Assembly (NCBI GenBank): GCA_963765245.1
Contig: CAVXVP010000011.1
Coordinates: 33,621 to 97,620 of the forward strand
Length of the DNA stretch: 64,000 nt
Reading direction: 5' to 3'
Source of the DNA: an uncultured Chloroflexia bacterium
GTDB taxonomy: Bacteria > Chloroflexota > Limnocylindria > Limnocylindrales > CSP1-4
Positions 59,706 to 64,000 of this stretch are shown here, piece after piece (position 1 is the first letter of the stretch; the number at the start of each line of letters is the position of its first letter). Both the position numbers and the translations under genes were made by a program. The notes under the pieces were generated by a model that was not told the DNA's origin, searched no databases, and saw only the letters and a list, made by a program, of their open reading frames with translations.

Positions 59706-60593
59706 CAATGACAGCGATGCCCGACGCGAAGGCCACCTCGGCGGACGACTGGCGGATCGAACGGCTGTTCGACGCCGCTGCGCCGGAAGGGCGGGTCCGC
59801 GGAGGAGCCCTGCCGCCGGACCTGGCCCGACGCTACGGCGCCGACCTGGCGATCGCGTTGCGACACCGACCGCCCGACCATCGTCTCGAACTTCGTCAGC
59901 ACGATCGACGGCGTCGTCGCCTTCGACACCGAGGGCCGCACCGGCGGGCGGAGGTCAGCGGGGCATCGAACCGGATCGCTTCCTGATGGGTCTCTTCGGG
60001 CGACGGCGGATGCCGTCCTGAACGGGGCCGGCACGGTCCGCTCTGGCGCGCATCATCGCTGGACGCCCGGCGTACATCTACCCGCCTGCGGCCGAGGCAT
60101 ATGCCGCATGGCGTCGCGAGCTCGGGCTGGCCGCGGCGCAGCCCACGACGGTGATCGTCAGCGCCAGTGGTGCGATCGATCCCGGCCATCCGGGTCTCAA
60201 CGACCCAGGGCGTCCCGGCGGTGATCGTCACGACGCCCAGCGGCGCCGCGCACCTCCGGGACGTGGGTCTGCCGGCCACGGTCGACGTCGTCGCCGCCGG
60301 ATCGGGTGACGAGGTCGACCCGACCGCCATCGTCGAGGTGCTCCGCGATCGCGACCTGGAGGTCGTCGTCTGCGAGGGCGGGCCGAACCTGCTCGGTGGA
60401 CTGATCGGCGCCGGATCTGGTCGACGAGCTGTTCCTGACCGTCGCGCCGCAGGTCGCCGGCCGTTCGCCGGACGACCCGCGCCTGGCTCTCGTCGAGGGG
60501 GTCGGCTTCGCGATCGACGACGCCCCGTGGGCACGGCTCCTCTCGGTGATGCGTGCCGAGAGCCACCTCTTCCTGCGCTACCGGATCCCGTGA
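59702..60593 (+). pseudogene. RibD_C-domain (pyrimidine/dihydrofolate reductase-like) protein; about seven frame breaks
   Basis: ATG overlaps the folE stop (ATGA). RPTIVSNFVSTIDGVVAFD, EPDRFLMGL, LRATADAVLNGAGTVR, VIVTTPSGA, VVCEGGPNLLGGLIGAG and LVDELFLTVAPQVAG are in order but scattered across frames. Confidence 0.6.
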
Positions 60594-60763
60594 CAAGGAG
60601 AGGGTGACGACCCTCGGGTCGTGGTCGTCACTCCCCGAGGTTTCAATTCGTTATCCGGGCGGCGGGACCTTCTCATCAAACCCTCAGAAATCTCCGCGAA
60701 CGTCGATGGCAAGACAACTGCCAACGCGCATCCAGCGCCCGACGATCACCACCGGAGACCGAG

Positions 60764-61795
60764 ATGACCGAACCGACCCCCAAGCCGTCCGACCTGCGCG
60801 CGCTCCCCGACCCCAACGATCCGCGCGCGACCGCGGAGGCGATCATGTTCGAGATCCGACGGGTCATCGTCGGCCAGGACGCGATGCTCGAGCGGATCCT
60901 CGTCGGCCTGCTGTCCGGTGGCCACCTCCTCCTCGAGGGCGTGCCGGGCCTGGCCAAGACGCTGACGATCAAGACCCTCGCCGACGTCCTCGGCGGCTCG
61001 TTCAAGCGCATCCAGTTCACCCCCGACCTGATGCCGTCCGACCTGGTCGGCACCCGCATCTATCGCCCGGACAAGGGCTCGTTCGACGTCGAGCAGGGCC
61101 CGGTCTTCGCCAACTTCCTCCTCGCCGACGAGATCAACCGCGCGCCGGCCAAGGTCCAGTCCGCGCTCCTCGAGGTCATGCAGGAGCACCAGGTCACGAT
61201 CGGCCACGACACGTTCAAGGTGCCGACCCCGTTCCTGGTCCTCGCCACCGAGAACCCGATCGAGGCCGAGGGCACCTACCCGCTGCCCGAGGCGCAGGTC
61301 GACCGCTTCATGCTCAAGATCCTGCTCGACTACCCGAACCCGGCCGATGAGGCACAGATCGTCGCGCGCTCGCTGGCTCCGGCAACTCCCCCGCGCGAGA
61401 TCCTCGACGCCGAGGGGCTGCTCCGGCTCCAGCGGACCGTCTCCGAGGTCTACGTCGACCCGCGACTGATCAGCTACGCCGTGGCGCTCGTCGAGGCGAC
61501 CCGCAAGCTCACCTACTGGGGCGCCGCCGACCTCGAGAGCTACGTCTCGTACGGCGCCAGCCCGCGTGGCTCGATCAACCTCATCCACGGCGCCCGCGCG
61601 ATGGCTCTCCTCCACGGCCGCCGCTACGTCCTGCCGTCCGACGTCATCTCCCTCGCGCCCGACGTCCTCCGCCATCGGCTGGTCCTGAGCTACTCGGCCC
61701 TGGCCGACGGGATCACCGCCGACACGATCATCGAGCGGGTCCTGACGCTCGTCCCCGCGCCGCGCCTGGAGATGGCGGCGGAGCCGACCGCATGA
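60764..61795 (+). CDS. MoxR-family AAA+ ATPase
   Basis: 343-aa intact ORF. HLLLEGVPGLAKT (Walker A), FLLADEINRA (Walker B) and LATENPIEAEGTYPLPEAQVDRF. Confidence 0.9.
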   Translation: MTEPTPKPSDLRALPDPNDPRATAEAIMFEIRRVIVGQDAMLERILVGLLSGGHLLLEGVPGLAKTLTIKTLADVLGGSFKRIQFTPDLMPSDLVGTRIYRPDKGSFDVEQGPVFANFLLADEINRAPAKVQSALLEVMQEHQVTIGHDTFKVPTPFLVLATENPIEAEGTYPLPEAQVDRFMLKILLDYPNPADEAQIVARSLAPATPPREILDAEGLLRLQRTVSEVYVDPRLISYAVALVEATRKLTYWGAADLESYVSYGASPRGSINLIHGARAMALLHGRRYVLPSDVISLAPDVLRHRLVLSYSALADGITADTIIERVLTLVPAPRLEMAAEPTA

Positions 61796-62766
61796 CCCTT
61801 CCCGGTCCGAAGCGTCCGGGCTCCGACCTCGCTCGCATCGGCGGGCGCGACCGAACGGCGGCGCGACCCGGACCCGGCCCGATCGCCGACCGGCTCGTCC
61901 GTCAGCTCGAGCTGACGCTCGATCGGCGCGTGGGCGGCCAGATGAGCGGCGACCATCGCGGTCGCGGCCACGGCGCCGGCCTCGAGCTCGATCGCCTGCG
62001 TCCCTACGAACCGGGCGACGACGTCCGCAAGATCGACTGGAACGCGACGGCCCGGACGCTCGTCCCGCAGGTCCGCGAGGACGTGCCGGACCGGCAGCTG
62101 ACTGCGTGGCTCCTGCTCGACAGCTCCCCGTCGATGCACTTCGGGACGGCCGACCGGCGCAAGGCCGACGTGGCCGAGGGCGCCGCACTCGTCGTCGGCC
62201 GTTTCGCAGCCCGGCGCGGCAACCGGCTCGGCGTCGTGACCTTCGGGTCCGGTCGAGAGGTCGTCTCGCCACCGGCCGGCGGAAGCCGCGGGATGCTCGG
62301 CCTGCTGCGCGCCATCGCCACCGAGCCGCCCGAGGAGGGCGGCGGCCAGACTTCTCCAGCCCGCGCCCTCAGCCTGGTCGGCGCGATCCGCTCGACTCCG
62401 GGCGTTGTCGTGGTGCTCTCCGACTTCCGCGGTCCGCGCGACTGGGTCCCGGCCCTCACCGAGGTCTCCGGCCGTCACGCGGTCATCGCGCTCGAGGTCA
62501 GCGACCCGCGCGAGGACGCCCTCGTCGACGTCGGCGAGCTGACTCTCATCGATCCAGAGACCGGGCGGACGCTTCGGGTCGATACCGGCGACCGGCGGCT
62601 TCGCTCCGCGTTCGATGACGCCGCCGCGGCTGATCGAGCCGAGTTGGCGTCGGTCTTCCGACGTCTCGGCATCCGTCACCTCCGACTCTCCACCGACGGT
62701 CCGTGGCTGCCCGCGCTCGCGCAGGGCTTCGCCCGGACCCCGAACCTTGCAGGACGACCCACATGA
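61792..62766 (+). CDS. DUF58 domain-containing protein (MoxR-associated)
   Basis: LRPYEPGDDVRKIDWNATART and LLLDSSPSMHFG motifs. 4-nt overlap with moxR. Confidence 0.85.
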   Translation: MTLPGPKRPGSDLARIGGRDRTAARPGPGPIADRLVRQLELTLDRRVGGQMSGDHRGRGHGAGLELDRLRPYEPGDDVRKIDWNATARTLVPQVREDVPDRQLTAWLLLDSSPSMHFGTADRRKADVAEGAALVVGRFAARRGNRLGVVTFGSGREVVSPPAGGSRGMLGLLRAIATEPPEEGGGQTSPARALSLVGAIRSTPGVVVVLSDFRGPRDWVPALTEVSGRHAVIALEVSDPREDALVDVGELTLIDPETGRTLRVDTGDRRLRSAFDDAAAADRAELASVFRRLGIRHLRLSTDGPWLPALAQGFARTPNLAGRPT

Positions 62767-63830
62767 ACTTCCTCGCTCCCCAGATGCTCCTCGGCCTCCT
62801 CCTGGTCCCCGTCGCGATCGGGTTCTACCTGTGGGCGCAGCGCCGGCGCAGCAAGTACGCGGTCCGCTTCACGAACCTGGACCTGCTCGCCAACCTGACG
62901 CCTCGCCGGCCGGCCTGGCGTCGCCACCTCCCGTCGGTCCTCTACCTCGGCGCGATCGCCGCGCTGCTCATCGGCCTGGCCCGCCCGACGATGGTCATCG
63001 CCACGCCGCGCGAGGACGCCACGGTCATCCTGGCCATGGACGTCTCGGGCTCGATGCGGGCGACCGACGTCTCGCCGACGCGGCTCGATGCCGCCAAGGC
63101 CTCCGCCCTCTCGTTCATCGCCCAGCTTCCTGAGGGCGTCCGGGTCGGCATCGTCTCGTTCGCCTCGGAACCGGTCACGCTCGTCAGCCCGACCGCCGAC
63201 CGCGGGCAGCTCAAGCAGGCGATCGATGGGCTGACCGCCCGCGACGGGACAGCCATGGGCGACGCGATGATGCAGGTCCTCGACATCGCCGAGAAGATCC
63301 AGACCGACAACAAGAAGGAAACCCCTGACGCGAGCGCCACACCCAGCGCCGCCCCACCCGCCGCGTCGGCAGCCCCCGGCGCCAGCGGTGCGCCGAGCGT
63401 GCCGACCGACCAGCCGTCCGGGCAGCCCCTCGTCGCCGCGATCCTCCTGTCCGACGGCGCCAACTCCGTCGGCCAGACCGAACCGCTCGACGCGGCCCAG
63501 CGTGCCAAGACGCTCGGCGTGCCGATCTACACCATCGCCCTGGGCACGCCCACCGGCCAGGTCACCGTCCAGGATCAGTTCGGGCAGGACGTCACCCTCG
63601 ACGTGCCGCCCGACACCGAGACCCTGTCCCAGATCGCATCGATCACGGGCGGAAAGGGCTTCGACGCTCCGACCGCCGAAGACCTCGCCAGCGTCTACAA
63701 GAACCTCGAGTCGCGCATCGGCTACACGGAAGAGCGCCAGGAAGTCACCTTCGCCCTCGTCGGCGCGGGCCTCCTGCTTGTCGTCATCGGTGCCGGCCTC
63801 TCGGCGGTCTGGTTCGGCCGCCTCCCCTGA
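62763..63830 (+). CDS. VWA domain-containing membrane protein (BatA-like)
   Basis: ATG 62763 overlaps the DUF58 stop (ATGA). N-terminal TM helix, MIDAS ILAMDVSGSM, LLSDGANS and a C-terminal TM helix. Confidence 0.85.
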   Translation: MNFLAPQMLLGLLLVPVAIGFYLWAQRRRSKYAVRFTNLDLLANLTPRRPAWRRHLPSVLYLGAIAALLIGLARPTMVIATPREDATVILAMDVSGSMRATDVSPTRLDAAKASALSFIAQLPEGVRVGIVSFASEPVTLVSPTADRGQLKQAIDGLTARDGTAMGDAMMQVLDIAEKIQTDNKKETPDASATPSAAPPAASAAPGASGAPSVPTDQPSGQPLVAAILLSDGANSVGQTEPLDAAQRAKTLGVPIYTIALGTPTGQVTVQDQFGQDVTLDVPPDTETLSQIASITGGKGFDAPTAEDLASVYKNLESRIGYTEERQEVTFALVGAGLLLVVIGAGLSAVWFGRLP

Positions 63831-63839
63831 GTCGCTGAG

Positions 63840-63870
63840 CTGGCCCGACGCCTCCGGGGCGGCGGGCCAG
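63840..63870 (+). terminator. Strong GC hairpin after the MoxR-DUF58-VWA operon (13-bp stem with one mismatch, 5-nt loop)
   Basis: CTGGCCCGACGCC (63840-63852), loop TCCGG, then GGCGGCGGGCCAG (63858-63870). Begins 10 nt after the stop. No U-tract. Confidence 0.5.
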
Positions 63871-63894
63871 AACGCCGTGCGCTACGCTCGGCAC

Positions 63895-64000
63895 ATGCCC
63901 ACACGAATTCGATGTCGAGGCGCTGCGCGCCGAGTTCCCGGCCCTCTCGCGACGAGCACGACGGGCGGCCGGTCGTCTTCCTCGATGGTCCGGGCGGGAC
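63895..64000 (+). pseudogene. Probable class V aminotransferase/cysteine desulfurase-like protein, N-terminal fragment; 3' end lies outside the window; frame breaks
   Basis: ATG 63895 lies 6 nt after TACGCT. EFDVEALRAEFPALSR and EHDGRPVVFLDGPGG (typical N-terminus of this fold type) read in two other frames. Confidence 0.35.

Noticed and set aside
3269-64000. Programmed ribosomal frameshifting or transcriptional slippage as the explanation for the frame breaks
   Set aside because: There are far too many sites, and I saw no consistent slippery heptamers or downstream structures. The breaks also fall in genes not known to use recoding (mreB, rmlB, folE).
1-64000. Mobile elements, prophage, integrative island, CRISPR-Cas, toxin-antitoxin or known defence systems; tRNA and rRNA genes
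   Set aside because: I recognised no transposase, integrase, recombinase, Cas, capsid or terminase motifs, no CRISPR-like repeat-spacer pattern, and no tRNA-like T-arm (GGTTCGAATCC-type) sequence in the intergenic regions I read. A by-eye scan cannot exclude small or degenerate elements.

Overview
High-GC (about 70%) chromosomal window. Gene content fits a monoderm, Actinomycetota- or Chloroflexota-like bacterium (UPF0182, GuaB3, SigK/RskA, DarA, LCP, DUF3048). I support about 60 protein genes. I found no rRNA, tRNA, CRISPR, transposase, integrase or prophage signal.

Left to right:
- split PEP-utilising phosphotransferase plus MFS transporter
- LCP ligase
- PPIase-mazG-rph-rdgB-LOG operon
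- teichoic-acid-like cluster: 3 TagF-type phosphotransferases, IspD/TarI-type cytidylyltransferase plus SDR, TagGH exporter
- DUF3048, GT4 and polyprenol-P-mannose synthase
- two giant secreted proteins sharing SPNGDG (FlgD-Ig-like) modules, one with GH18 and one with a caspase-like His/Cys pattern
- rmlCDBA, mreBC, radC
- a block of zinc-ribbon, CPBP and membrane proteins around UPF0182
- guaA, truncated haemoglobin
- darA-DinB-NUDIX-guaB3 operon
- GAF-GGDEF, lepB, tmk-sigK-rskA
- RcnA-like metal exporter, tldD/pmbA
- folE plus RibD_C-type reductase
- MoxR-DUF58-VWA

Main caveat: roughly 60 single-base frame breaks interrupt otherwise clearly recognisable genes, including mreB, mreC, folE and rmlB/D. 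I report these as whole-gene spans typed pseudogene. I think most are assembly or sequencing indels rather than biology. Frame-break positions were read by eye (+/-10 nt).

No single novel system is proven. The best candidates are:
- the ribitol-phosphate-type glycopolymer cluster
- the twin giant surface proteins with a phased repeat array upstream
- the zinc-ribbon/CPBP/UPF0182 block
- the darA/GGDEF divergent pair
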